A DNA stretch of 64,000 nt from Octopus vulgaris (taxonomy: Eukaryota). The stretch is taken from the NCBI GenBank assembly GCA_951406725.2, contig OX597814.1:180978001-181042000 (forward strand). The letters run 5' to 3'. Of the stretch, positions 15,038 to 29,589 are shown piece after piece (position 1 is the first letter of the stretch; each line of letters begins with the position of its first letter). The notes beneath the pieces were generated by a model. It was not told the DNA's origin. It did no database searches and worked only from the letters and a program-made list of their open reading frames with translations. Both the position numbers and the translations under genes were made by a program.

Positions 15038-15609
15038 GTCTCTCCAGATGTCTTCTCGTTAACTCTGCATGAGCAGCAATGATATTTGTTAATGTTATGA
15101 CATTGGTGAGGTTGCCTACCAAGAAGACTAATCTTTAATGTATAAAAACAGAATTATTTACTAACGTTTCTAAATAATATCTCAAGCTATAACTTCTTAA
15201 TATCTCAGCTTGAGAGACAAACGGCCAATCTGATAAAGTATCAAGCTGCTAACAAGTAAGACAAACTACTAACTCTTAGGATCATATACTCACTTCTGTT
15301 TGGTCTTGGACAAAACTCAATTCTGCCTCATGCACACCCACAAGCATCATGGAAGCCTACTAAAAAGCCTGAACATGCAATTGAAAGGGCCATCCTTGTC
15401 ACACATTGTGTCATGCTAATTATGTCTGAGAAATATGTCAAGAATACATTTCAGGCAAACTTCCAGTATTTCATGGAAACAAAGCTTACTTGCATACTTG
15501 GTGATTTGCAGGATGAAAAGGCTTTGTTTTGTGATCTATGAACTCGATGCATTGCAGCTTCTTAAAGAACTTATAGTCTAATATTTATATGCCTCAGTTT
15601 TTCTTGTTT

Positions 15610-15965
15610 GTAAGCTTACAATTTGAGGTTTGTAGGAAAACTTATGGGACTGCTTTTCCATATGATGTTCAGTTTTATCAAGGCAGATAAGACCAGGCTG
15701 AGTCTTACTTTTATCTCTTTTATTGAGCTGCCATCTTTGTTTCCAAATGGACTTGAAGTATCAAGATTGTCTGCTTCTTCAAGCCATTGTCCATTTAGCA
15801 TAATGTTGGTTTCTAAGTTCTGGTTGTGGCTGTTGGTCAGAACTTGGCTTTTTTCTGAACTGGTCTCTGTTTAATATACTCCTTATAATTTTTCCAGTGT
15901 TTAGTGGTGATTTCCCAGTATTCTGCTTCACTGTCTCTCATTAAGTCAATGCCAAAGACTATTTT
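15610..15965 (-). mobile_element. Decayed RTE-clade LINE reverse-transcriptase fragment
   Basis: Minus-strand translation LNGQWLEEADN..KDGSSIKEIKVRLSLVLSALIKLNIIWKSSPISFPTNLKL resembles the RTE post-RT thumb region; IDLMRDSEAE upstream resembles the sequence after the (Y/F)ADD motif. Confidence 0.8.
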
Positions 15966-16662
15966 GAGATGTGAGAGTCTTTAATGGGAGAGTTCATCAT
16001 CATAGTGTTTATAACTTATTGTTCTAACTTGGCTCTGTAGAATTGTGTAACACTTTAAGATGTTACAGATATCTGCTAAATTACCTATTTAATTGTTCCA
16101 TATTAGTTTTAGTATCTTCTCTCAGTCGAACACTTATGTAAAATAAATCATTTATCATTTCAGTGTACAGAGGAAGTTGTATAATTACTTAAAAATAGTA
16201 TCAGAACTGTTTACTCTAGTTTGGTTAATTACTTACTAATGAACTTGGTTAAATAGTAGGAAATGCCATTTCAGTATTGCCTTTCTATTTATGTCTCTCA
16301 TCTTTCATAAGCTAATTTAAGGTGGCTACTGTATACTGTATATGTTTGGGTTAAAAAGTAACATACTGTCTTTAATCCCTAACTTAATGTGTGTATGTGT
16401 GTGTCTGTATGTGTGCATGTGTGATTGAATGACTGATTGTCTACTAATTTATTACTTTTCATCACCATATTTTTTTTATAGATAGAACTGTGTTATTCTA
16501 TAAAAGACTTAACCAAGTTTATGAGAGAAATTTCAAGTTAACCTAGTCTCAGAAATTCTTTGTTCTGCCAACCTAATATGTTAGTATAGCAAGTAGTAGC
16601 TTTTTTTTTTTAGTGCATACATTAAATTTCTTAACTAAAGATACAATGCTTTTATCTGGTTA

Positions 16663-17045
16663 CTAGCAGTATCGCCCGGCGTTGCTCAGGTTTGTAAGGG
16701 AAATAACTATAAAGCATTTTTAGAGAGTTATAGCCAAAAAACAGCAAAAAATGGGAAAAAATTATGGTAAATTTTTTTCAGTTAAAAAAGGTGGAGTTGC
16801 GTCCCCTAGACAGTTTGCGGTTTGTGTTTCTGATTCTCGACCCCATGTCGAATTTATCGATTTTTTTCAGAACTGGGGGAACTTTTCAAAATTTTCGCTG
16901 CGTTAGTTTTGAATTATGACATTGGGCTATGTGTGTGTCAAGTTTCATCAGAATCGGTTGAAAGCCGTGGTCAGGGTGAGGGTACAAGCAAACAGACACA
17001 CAGAAACACGCACAGACAAACTGCCGTTTATATAAAGAGAGAAGA
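16663..17045 (-). mobile_element. Non-autonomous Helitron, 383 bp, both ends intact
   Basis: On the minus strand it starts A|TC (TCTTCTCTCTTTATATAAA) and ends CTAG|T, with a subterminal GC hairpin (CCTGAGCAACGCCGGG) about 10 nt before CTAG; no TSD; CpG-rich relative to flanks. Confidence 0.85.
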
Positions 17046-18119
17046 TAAGGCTAGGAACCAAGAATGTTACACTTTCTCTATTCAACTATTATACTTGTGG
17101 GTATATATTATTTCATGCATATCATAAATATATGTGTATTTTATATGACTTTCTTTTCACTTGAAGCAATTCATCTGTTCATAGAATTCCTTGATTCAAA
17201 GTTGTATGTTTTAAGTTATGTCTCTTTTTCTGATATATGAATGTAAATTCTTACATCTCAGTTGAGGTATTCAAGATACTTACCTGAACATTATTTATAC
17301 ATAGTTTAACTCTTTCAATGAATGACAAGCATCTAACCAACCAAAATTCATTGGAGAAATTGTAGCTTCTTTTATCAATAAATGTTTTCTTTTTTAAACA
17401 CACATTATTATATCAATATGATAATTTTTTAATTACAGTTTAATATTATAATCTACTTGTATTCACTAAAATGTTCTATATTATATCATATATTGCAACT
17501 TCCAAGGATTTTAAAGTGGTGAGGCCAATAACAAAATTGTACTGTTCTGTTTACTTTCAATCCCCTAAACAACAAAAATTATCTATTTAAATTTTTTCTC
17601 CATAGTCATTCTCTCTCTCTCTCTCTCTCTCAAGAATAAGAAGTTCAACTGCTAAATATATTTATTTTATGTCTTTCAGTTAACTAGTCATTGCCTTAAT
17701 TGTATTAACCCCTCTACTTAGTCCAGTGCTCATTTTATCTATCTGTTTATCAAATTGATAAGTTGACCTAGTTTTAAATTTACCTCCTTTTAATGACATA
17801 TCTTCAAAGAAATAACAGGTTATCATTTACTGAATCCAGCATTTTGCTATTTCACAGTAGTCTAAACTAGTATGAGTTCTGCTACAGCTTCATCAAACCA
17901 AGAAAACAACTTTAGAAATGTCAAGTGATGTAATGAACTGAGCTGCTAAACTAAGAAAGTACTTCTGTAAACTAAACATAGTAAATGCTATATACATCAA
18001 GAAACTATGTGAAGTTAATTTTTGGGGTTTTTTTTAAAATCAATCTTTGCATAGTAATCTATCCAAGGAAGATATTTCAAACTTTTCTGGTTTAATCATA
18101 TGCATTGAAATCATTGTAC

Positions 18120-18440
18120 TTTCACTTTTCATGCTTGCATGGGTTGGACAAAATTTGTTGAGGCAGATTTTCCACAGCCAGATGCCCTTCTTGTTGCCAA
18201 CCCTCACCTGTTCCCAAGCAAGCTATTATTTCCCCATGGCCAACATGTTTCACAGAAGACTCGAAATGAAAGACACTGCTTCCATGATGGTGACATTCAT
18301 TTACAACTATCATGTGATGTCAAGGCAAGGAGACAATAACACACACACACACACTCACTCCACTCACAAGGTTTTAGTCTGCTCAGGGCTAGAGTAGAAG
18401 ATATTTGCCCAAGGTGCCATGCAGTGGGACTAAACCTGGA
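18120..18440 (-). mobile_element. Degenerate RTE-tailed SINE plus CORE-SINE fragment
   Basis: catgcttgcatgggttggac...gatgcccttcttgttgccaacc, (CA)n, then ccactcacaagg...gcccaaggtgccatgcagtgggact. Confidence 0.7.
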
Positions 18441-19207
18441 GAAAATTGAAGGTTATGAAGTAAAAGATTTTGGCTACAGTTTGAGAAGCAACAGGTCACA
18501 TGCTTATTTGCCAAACTATTTTCATTGAATACAACATGAAGGTGATCAAAACATCCTAACAGTTCTTAATGGCCTCATTCTAAAAATATCCAATGAGTTT
18601 GCTGCTCAAGTACTTGTATTTCTCATCTTCTTCTAAGTACATAAAATAAGCCAAGCAAGTTTTAGTGGATTAGTGAACATTGTGTCCAGTAAATCTTATA
18701 TAGGTTAACAGCAATAATATTTTTTTATTGAGAATAATATTGGACAGTTCTAACTATATGGAGGCTTAGAATTAAACTTTGTACTTGGTTCAGAGATGTT
18801 TCGTTGAGATATTACTCTTGTCATATTTGACTGACATTCGAGATGGCTGCTCATCTTTTTATATCTAAAAGAATGCATATTTTAGAATTTCTATGTGCAT
18901 TCTATAAATGTGTTTGTGCTTATAAATATATATATAATGGTTGTGTGACAATGGAATTTGTTTTGTAACCAAATGGTTTTTCACAAGTGCCTCCTTGGGC
19001 CAACCACTGCTTTGTGAGTGAAATTGGTAGGCAAAAACCTTATGAAAGCCCATCATGTGTAGATATGTGTATAAAGTATGGAGGTTTAGTTCATAGGTGA
19101 TCCAAACGATTAGGTACACTAAGTAAGTGCTGTAACAAATTACTAGGGCTCCAAGGTTATAGCCAAGACGGTAGTTATGAAGCCATTGCAGATTTTTGAT
19201 GCAGCAG

Positions 19208-19354
19208 ATATATAATTGTTAAAGAGGACAACAAACATTAAGGCAAAGATCTCAAGTTGTATGTAATATTATCATTGGAAAATAATAATATTGTATGCGG
19301 ACTTGAGATGTTTGCCTTGACTTAATGCTTGTTGTCCTCTTTAACAATTATATA
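19208..19354. repeat. About 147-bp imperfect palindrome (MITE-like hairpin) in TA context
   Basis: atatataattgttaaagaggacaacaaacattaag...cttaatgcttgttgtcctctttaacaattatatat; the arms pair almost to the centre with one 5-nt indel. Confidence 0.9.
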
Positions 19355-19359
19355 TATAT

Positions 19360-19845
19360 AGGGTGCAGTGGGTAAATTGTCACCATTTTATATTTTTAAT
19401 TTCGTGCATGCGCATTGTTTGTTTTTGATTTTGTCAACTACACAGTATAGTAGGGTCAGTTGGGCATCATCTGTGAGAAAAACAGCACCATGACGCACTT
19501 CACTCTGCCAGAAATTTGGAAATACTGTACTAGTTGGCATTTGTGCCAGAAACTCCAATACAAATATTTCAGAAGTGTTTGGGTGTCAATCTGAGGACAT
19601 GTACCAAGAATGATAAAAATCAAACATCCTGTCAACATCATAGTGTTTGGAGTGATCACTAGTGATGACAATGTTATACCTCCATTCATCATCCCACATG
19701 GTCTCACACTCAACATGGAGGCCAGCATCAAATGGCTGAAGGAGATAGTGCTGCTTGGGTCAAGAGGGTGGCTACTGAAAGACCCTATGTCTGATAACAG
19801 GGCTCTGCACCATACCACACAAGCAGGAAAACCCAGTCATGTGTA
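19360..19845 (+). mobile_element. Tc1/mariner-superfamily transposon remnant (5' end plus internally deleted DDE-domain fragment)
   Basis: Begins after (TA)n with agggtgcagtgggtaaattgtcacc; translation KHPVNIIVFGVITSDDNVIPPFIIPHGLTLNMEASIKWLKEIV resembles the IS630/Tc1/mariner catalytic domain. Confidence 0.8.
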
Positions 19846-20587
19846 TTAGTGTACATTGTTTGAGGGTTTTGGTTAGAGAATATTATAAAAGTGAAAAGAT
19901 TTTCTCTATTTTGGCTGTTTTCCATACTTTTTTAATCTATATGGTCATATATTTGCATTACAAAATATTTTTTAGTTGTTTTCACATTTTTTGATTTATT
20001 ATTTATTTATATGTTAAATCGTCCAAAGGATGGGTGTGTTTGCTAGTATGTGTGTGTGTAGAAAAAGTTGTAACATTGCTTGCAGTATGTGAAACTGTAT
20101 AGTTGTGCTGCTTTTACACCAAAGTTACAACACAATCTCTGACCACCCAAAATTAATAGACTTAAATTAAGTAGCCTCAAGGATATATAAGTGACCTGTC
20201 AATAAGGATCAGAGCCTTCATAGTATCTAAATATAGTATCATATATTTAATGAAGAAGACAAAAAAGGGCTGTAACATTAGTTGTGGGATTTGAATAAGC
20301 TTGAATGAAAGCTTATAGTGTATGTCTTTGTATGACACTGTTTGAACAAAACAATATCATGTTTACATTTCCTAATAACAATACATCCTGCACTTTCAAA
20401 GACCATTGGATTAAAAAGCCAGGTACCTTGAGACTAACTTATACCTTGAAAAACAGCTAAAGGTTACTGATAAAAGCATACAGCCAGAAAATATTGCTTC
20501 CATAAGCCTCTATCCAACCCATTCCAGCATGAAAAAAGAAAAAACGTAAAATGAAAATAAGGTCTGTTTGTGTGAAAATATTGTACG

Positions 20588-20634
<47 letters not shown>

Positions 20635-22964
20635 GCTGTTGTTTAGTGCCAAGTCATCTCTGGTAAAGCAGACCAGTCGTCAGAGGCTTTCAAGATATGA
20701 TGATCTGACATTTTGGGGAGTTTCTAGGAGTACATTATCTAAGGTAGTCTTCCTTTTTTTCAGATGGTAGGGCGAAATTAGAGGGAGGTTTGACAGCTAT
20801 TTGTAGCATATGTTCATGAATGTTTGTGTGTGTATGTAGTCATTTAGTTTTACATCCATTTTTTCCCTGCCAGCATGAGTTAGACAAATATATATTATTG
20901 AGGCAGGCATTGTTTTACAGCTGGATGCTCTTCCTGTCACTAACCCTTACCAAGTAAGAGATCTCTTATTCTACACATCTTTGAAAGTTAGTGGATTATT
21001 TGATGACAAGAAATAACAACAAACTTCACCACATGTAGCTCAGTGAATTTTTATGGGAAGTATGCAGAATCAGACACCTGCATGCACACACACACATACA
21101 TGTAGGACTAAGCACAGTCTCTATTGACCAAATTCACTCAAGGGCATTAGCCAGTCTAGGACTAGAGTAGAAGACACTTACCCAAGGTGCCATGCAGTAT
21201 GATCCAAACCCAAAACCACATGGTTGAGAAGTTAACTTGTCAACCACATGGTCATGCCTACACCTATATATATATATATATATATATATATGAATTTATA
21301 GTGATCTTTCTTCAACAATGGATCAAGAGCAACTCTCACAGTGCAAGCTACATATCAAATAAAAAGATATATAAGTGCTAACTGTACTCATCAGTAGCCT
21401 CTTAATTGACCAAAATGACAATAGCTTGAATAGACTTAATGATGCTAACTGCAGATGAGCCGTACTACAAACAAACAAACATTAAATAAATCTGTTTAGG
21501 AATCTTATTTTTTTGTGTGTATGTATCTATTATCAGGTTTGTGTTGATTAACAGTTGTCATAGAAATATGAACTTCAATAGACTAGGTTTTCTTGAGGTT
21601 GTTGTTTCAAGGATTTAATGTGCTAAGTCCCAATGTCAGTTGGCCAGTTGATGATTTGAAAAAATATATCTGAAATAATTGCTTTTTATAAGGCTCATTA
21701 ATTATCTTAATCAACAATACTATTTAACATTGGTGATGAATATAATTTCCCAGATTCCTTTAGCTAAGAAATTGGCATTCACTCAACTGCTGTGACTTTA
21801 CTGTCAGTTACTCACGTGTTTCTGGAATTGAAATTAAATTAATTTTGAAAAGTTTCAATATTACAAATATTTGATTTGCTTATGAAACTATATTAAGATG
21901 GAATGTTCACAAATCATAAGCATCCATACATACTGAAACATCCTAAATTATGTTTCTCTCATATTAGCATAGAAGAAAGATTTGTTTCCTCCCATTTGGA
22001 TAGAGTACACATATATAGTTGGAAAATTTCTCAGAAAATCCTCTTATCTGTTTGTGTTGTCTACATGGAAGCTGAGATACATAAAAGTATTTAAATTATA
22101 TGCAGTTAATATGAACTTACTGTTCGCAAGTTTGTTGTTCTGTGATATATCCATCACTTGATTGTTGTGTCTCCATACTGCTTCCTTCTTTCTTAAATTG
22201 ATATCGTCGAATGTAAATAATATATTTTAATGAAGGAAAGCATTTTGAGTTATTTAAATGTAAATAGTAAATCAATGTTAAAGCATAAACTGCAAGTGGC
22301 TCAGTAAATAGACACTTTCTTCCAAGGTTAACTTTTCATATTTCATCACTGGAGTTACATCATGCCTTAAGTATCACTGGGTAATGTATTTCACTAATGT
22401 AAGCAATAGTAAGCTCTAAATTTGGCTAGTGTTTTATCAGTTCCTTTATAGATTTAGCCAGAGGGGATGTTAGGTTGTGTGTGTGTATGTAAACTCTGTG
22501 CTGATAATGCCTATTGAGGTTGAAATATGTGTCCATGACTGTCATTTTATCTCCAAACAATGTTTGTCCTTTTCCTTAATGGCATATCAATTCTTGATTT
22601 TCGAGATCATTTCCTATGTCATTTGGGCAAGATTTGATTTGAAGTAGAGAAAGAAGGTGAATAAATTTCAGGTGTACAAAAGTCAGGGTTTATGTAGCCT
22701 GAGTAAGTCAACTCTTAAGTTACATACCTTACTTTGTGTTGAAGTAATTTGAACTTTTAAGGTTCTTCAATTTGTTCTGTGTGGTTATGTATTTTATTTT
22801 GAAGACATTATTTTTATTGCTATTTTATTTGTAATTTTAATGTCCCCCTTTTGGTGCCCTGTAGAAAAGAAACTCCTGTATTTTATCCTGAGGTGAAGTG
22901 AGTGCCTATACATAAATCATTATATTTTTAAACATTAATAGTTTACAAGAAAGAAATTCATTTC

Positions 22965-23548
22965 AGTCTATTATTTACAATGGGCAGTTAGGTGTTCTCA
23001 CCTTGTTTGTTGTTATCACATTTTGGCTTCATCAGGTGTTCTGGTGGAATTTCAAACCCAACCCTTTATTTGATTAATGGGGTGCACTGTTCTCATTCCT
23101 AAGGTATGTTGCTGATGTTATTTTTCTGTTGATAGTATTTTTCAAATCCCTGCCTGGGATTGAACTTAGAATCCCACAATGCTATATGCCCGTGGGCAAT
23201 TATAGAGTTAATTCTAGGGCTTATAAACCTAGTATTTTATCTTTGCTTAATACTGGCTCCCATATTACATTCATATCTGCACTAGGTCTGCTTCAGAGGT
23301 TATTGTGACCAGCATATATGGCATGAGGGGATGTTGAAAAATTGGGTGTAGCCAATCATGTATGGTAAAATGGAGGCCACCACCAACTGTGGGATGAAGT
23401 TAAAATAATCAACATAGAACACCACTAGAAAATACGAAAATTAAAAGAGGTTGCACATATGCTAGGACAAACAAGATGAGGACACCTATCCATCCATTGT
23501 AAATAATGTACACAATTCCTCATCTCAAAAATATAGAATAATACTGTT
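22965..23548. mobile_element. Old, degenerate copy of the fold-back (Penelope-derived) element also present at 62473-63170
   Basis: Left arm ttatttacaa...ctcaccttgtttgttgtt...cttcatcaggtgt...ttctcattcctaagg; inverted right end acaaacaagatgaggac...tgtaaataatgtacacaattcctcatctc. Confidence 0.75.
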
Positions 23549-25078
23549 AAGAGTTATAGTGAAGTTTTAACTAAAATTATTACATTTTAGCTGGGGTGAT
23601 GCCAACCAAATTTGTTTAAAAATGGTCAATATGGCTCTTCCAAAATACAAAACATATTTGTTCCAAAATATGATCTCAGATCAAATATCTTGCTAAACAT
23701 ATACAGAAAAAGAATAATCAGAATATTTTGGATCCACTAAAATATAATGTTGAGAGTTTTCATCTTCCAGCTTGATATAACCTATCTTTGACATTTATTT
23801 ATCTCTTTGTTCTGTTTCTCTCTCCTTTTCTCTTCCCACTTTCTCTATCTTCTTCCTCCCCAATGTTCTTCATTTCAAAACCTCTTAAATCCGCTAATGT
23901 AAGTTTATGAATGTTGCATTAGTCTACAAATCATACCCATTGTTTTCAAATGTCATATGAAGTGCAGAGTTTATCGAATCTCCATTTTAGGTCATTTATA
24001 TTGGGTATCTTTAGCAGAATTCATTCTGTTACAGCCATTCAAATTAAGCCACCTCTCCATCCTTCAATTTCTTCTCTACCCATATTTTTGCTGCAGGTGT
24101 TCAGTCTGTGGTGCAACCACATCGGACACACTAGTCTCCTTTGACCAACTTATAAAAAAAAATGAAACAAAAACAGTTTTCAATTAAATATAACTACCTT
24201 TTTTAAAAAAATAGTTTAAATATTACAAGCACATCTTTCCTATGAAACTAGCATACTTGATAAAAACACTGAAACTTTGTAATGTATAGGTTTCAGAGTT
24301 CACTTCTAACCCAAAGATATAAATAATGATAAATATATATGGCATCTGAAAATGACTGAAGAGTTAGTAATTTGAAATTTAGTTATCTGAAATACTGTAT
24401 TGATAGAAAAATCAAAATCTGAGACTGATAAGTAGTCCAGTCAATATATATACTATTATTTTTCAGATTATTTTTCTTGCTTTTCTACTTTGTTTAACCT
24501 ACTCATTTTTATGGATGCATACTCTTTTAAGAATGTTCAGTGATGTAAAATATCCAATGGTATATCTTATTCTCTGGTATAGTATAAAGCATATGATACA
24601 AGCATGGTCAAGAGATTAATTCTATGTATGGTATAATATATGGATGTAGGTATGACACCTAGTTAAGTACTTACAATCATGATGTACATTGTTCAATACC
24701 ACTATATGGTATCTTACACAAGTATCTTCAACCATAGCCCTTAAAACTTACGAATGAAATTGGATAGATAGAAACAGTGTGAAAGCTCATCAGACAGACT
24801 ACAGCTGCAATTGAAAGGATCACCTTGTCACACTGTCCTGCTGATTCTACTTGATAATTTCATTAAGGAGACATATACCTGTGGAATATTCAGCCACTTA
24901 CATGCTAATTCAGTGAGTAAGCAGTTCATTTGAATGAATAACTAGAACACTCGTCAGTGAAACCAACAGAAACACATTTACTTGTTTGTAAAAAATAATG
25001 GAAATTTTTTTATTGTTTTCTTTTTTTGTGTGTGTTATTTCAGTATTTTAAGGCATTCAAAGATGAAGCCATTACTGA

Positions 25079-25240
<162 letters not shown>

Positions 25241-28200
25241 TAACTTTCCCCTTTCCCTTGCTATATTCAGATCCACAACTTCTTGACTATTAGAAACATT
25301 GTTGTCAAAGAGAGGGTTCTTCTTTCAATGCTTAGTACTGTTGCAAATCAAAATCTTATGGCTTTAAGGTCTCTAAGAATGTTGTTACCAATCAGTGGTA
25401 TAAATGTTAACCAGTTACAGTGTAGCACTTCTTATACTGTTTCAGCTACAGCTGTAGAAACTGGGCAAATTTATATGACGAATACTCAGTTTACAACTAA
25501 TACTGTTAAGATGCTCCACAGTGTTCCAGTTAGTTTGTTTCATACAACATTCTACAAAAGACAACTTTGGATAGATAAAATAACTATCAGTTCTATCAAC
25601 TATTTGCTTCTCCCTAAAAAAAATTAATTGACCTTGGGCCTCGTCAAAAGAAAATATATCTGGAGGTTTTTTATTCCATTTTAAACAATGATGGATTATG
25701 TATGATAACCCATTTTGCTTTATTTTCTTATAAAATTCTTAGATGATGAGTCAAATGTCTGATAACATGTTGTATTAGTTTAATAATGATGAATACTGTA
25801 TAAATTGTAATGACAATCTTTTATGTATTAATCTTTCTAGAGAAGACTCTATGCAGTCTCATCTCTGTTTGCATCCAACCATCTTTAAATTTATAAAATG
25901 GAAGGAAACTTTTGGATAGTGTAGTCCTAGTTTCATTATGTCTAAATGCAAGATGGGATGGTCATCACTGGAATGCCTTTGATCATAGGTCTATTCAGTC
26001 AGGGTGGAGTTGGGGGTTAAACACCTATAATCAGCTGGTTAACTGTATTAATTATTCCATAAAAAAAGAAGACAAAGTATTCGTCTTCGAGCAGCTGAAA
26101 ATGTTCTCTGAGAATCTATGATGTATTCCACTAAAATTAATAAGTTCCTGTCAATCATTTCTTTGAAGTAATTTGAGTTAATTATTTCAAAATATAATCT
26201 TAAGGTGTAACTTCTTTGATTATCAAAGACAACCTAATTTTATATCAAAATTGGGTTTACCATTTTGTTGATTTGTTCAATTATTAAACTATTACTAAGG
26301 AATATGATGTCTCATGGTAGCACTATGGTTACTCAACACACTGGCTATATCTAGTTTTTGGCCATTGATAATTTGTCTTTGAGTGGATTAAAAATATGAA
26401 CTGGTTTTGATAAGATTTCAAACTAAATCTTTAAGTCATTAATATGGTGATTATTTAGCACAAACTAGTTCTTTGTTATATGCAAAATATTTTCTCGTGA
26501 GTAAACAAGAGACCTTCTACATGGTTGCTCAGCCTGATTCAATTACTAATAGTTACATAGCATTTTCTTGTATTAAAATACCAAAGATATGATTTATTTG
26601 TTAATGAAGCCCTACTTACACTAAAAGATTAGATGGCTGTGGCTAGAATACCTATGATCATAGACCTGCTTGATCAGAACTGACCTGAAGCTGAACAGCA
26701 ATCTCTTCTGATATAATATCATATGACTAGAAGCACAACTACGAAGTGAATATATTTGTTTGTGTAGTTGTCTAAAAATCCATGAGTCAGAAAAAGCAGG
26801 CCCTCATATATAGGATAATAGAGCAGGTATATTATTATTATTAATAAAATACAATATTATACTCTTATCTCAGCCACTTCACTAGTTGGTTTCATACAAG
26901 GAGTTGAAATAATTCCAATACTCATTAGAAAAGACTGAAAAGAATAGTATGGCATGGGCTCTTTGCCATTAGAGGCCTGTTGTATATAAAAAAATTTTTT
27001 TTAACTGGAATGAAATCATCTAGGTTAAAATCTGAGGAATTAATATATGACTTAGCACATCCAACTGTGACACAAAACACACGCACGTGCACGCATGATT
27101 TTAAGGCAAGGCTGATCAGCTCCAATTTGCATCTCAGCAAAACTGCCCATGGATCAATCCTCTAGCTGAGATATAATGGCTAACAATTTTTTAAAAAAAA
27201 AACTTGGCTAGATAGATGCCATTGTAGAACAGCTGATATAAGACCATAGATAAGGATCATTTATGAAACAAAGCAAAACTTTAGTTCTTTAGTACTAATT
27301 GAGTGAAGATCAAAAAGTGAGTGACTCAACAATTTATTTCCCAATATTTATTCTGCTAAAATCCCTAACAATGTTTTAAAATGTCAGCATAACTGACATT
27401 CCAAAGTGAGTTACACTTTAGAAAGTTGATTTGCACTTTTATGTACATTGGAGATTTTCTAATCTTATACAAATGTAGATTGTTATTTTTACCTTTAAAG
27501 TTTATCTTAAAAGTTTGCTTGAATATTATCCAAACATTTATCCATCATAACCAAGCCTTGTTTTTATTGCATATATGTGTGCGTGCGTGCGTGTGTAAAT
27601 TATTCTTTTGTTTACTTTGCACATATAAACCCACCTTAGCATTATAGAATTTCTAACTAAAGTTCAACTGATAATATACTCATTTCTACTTTGCTGTTTT
27701 TCATTTACTCTTAAGTATATGTCTAAGCTCTTGGTATACAGTAGCTATTCAATCCTAGTGTTTACAAAAATATAAAGCTAAGATAATGATTTTTAGAGTT
27801 ATTTTGAATAGCTTCTGTGGTAATTAGTTATTGTTCAGAACACAGAATTTTAAAATAGAGCTACCAAATTATTCTTTAGAAGACATTATCATAAACAATA
27901 GAGATTTAGTCTTCATGCTGTCAAACTGAAAACATTATAAATAATTTATTATAAACTGAGTATATTAAACTAGAGCTTTTAGTCAATGTGTATTCTTTAT
28001 TCTATATTTGATGTTTATATCAGCTCATAAATAAAGTTCATTTTCACATCGTGCCCTGTCCATGTTGATTTATTACTATGAGACAGAAAATTATGAGTAA
28101 TGATTATATGAGAAATATATAGGAGATCCTATTAATGTAAAACTCTAGTGGAGTTTGTTTTGTTTTGAAGTTACATATATTTTTTAATGATTTTATTTTA

Positions 28201-29589
28201 CTACAATTTAAAAATTTGCTTTATTTAAATAAGAAAACATAATAATTTTCTTTACATTTCAAATCATGTCATTTATCCCACACTATTAATGTTAATTTGT
28301 GTGTGTTTGTTTGTTTTTTTGGGTTTTTTTCCTAATCATGATGGGCCATCCATAATCATCATTTTAGCAATTATATTTAATGCAAACATTGTTATGGTCA
28401 ATCTCAATATTCAGTGTGACATAGAATATGACAAAACTGATCCTTTGAAATACGATACTCATTTTGGCCAGCTAAGTAGACTGGAGTAGTGTGAAAATAA
28501 AGTTTCTTACTCAAAGGTATAATGTGCTGTGAGTTATCAAACTCGTGATCTTACATTTGTAAGCTGAACACCCTAACCACTAAGCTACATATCTTCACAA
28601 AATCCCATGATCCACTCCAGCTCAGATATACATCCCTGCAAGCTTTTCTTCAAACTTCAAGACAAGCCTATTAACCATTATTACTTTTACTATTATATAA
28701 TTACAACAGCATCTACTTCTTTAAATATTCCACTGCTATCAAAATTTCATTCAGAACACTCTGTCAGGGATTCTCAAACTTTTTTTCCAGCATACTTGTT
28801 TGTCATGTCTGACCTGGCAATACCAGTTTGTCATGTTTATACCCTCTTGTGAAGAATATTGTGTAAAATAACAGGATATTATAGATGAAACAGAAGACAT
28901 GTATACTTTTCATTAATTATATTTAGAAGTCAAGGTTCCCAAACAATATATGTAATGACTTATATATAGATACTATTTACTGAATCTCAGAGAACAACTA
29001 TTGAAAAGTAGTTGGTTGGGATTACTTCAAAATTCCAGTGATTTTACAAATCATGCATTTCCCTGCAAGTTCTTATGCATACTCTGGTTTGAGAACTGCT
29101 ATACTACATGGTTGAAATTGCAACCAATTCTCCCTCAAATCACACCCTACTGTCTTAAATATAGGAAGATACTTTGGATTGTGTAGCCCTTGATGTACAA
29201 AAATATGAAATGGTCATGGATTTGATCATTAATCTATTCAATCAAGGTGAACTGGAGTTAAACAACAACATGCAAACCTGTTGCAGTGCTTGCTAAGTCC
29301 TGTACAAAACATGATTATAACCATTTAAAATCTCTTTCAAGATTCTTATGAATTTTGACCAAAAAATGCAATTCAGAATTCTTGAATATTTTATTTTATT
29401 TTCAAGGAATTCTTGATCATATTATTTAAAAACTAGTTATAAATAGCATAACCATCTTAATGTTCATGAGTAGTTCACAAGTGAATTTTTTTTTTCTTAA
29501 ATCTTCTAACAATTTTTTATGAAACCATTTTCTCAAAAACCCGAAATTGACATATCTCCTTAAAATAATCTCAACAAAAAATAATCACC

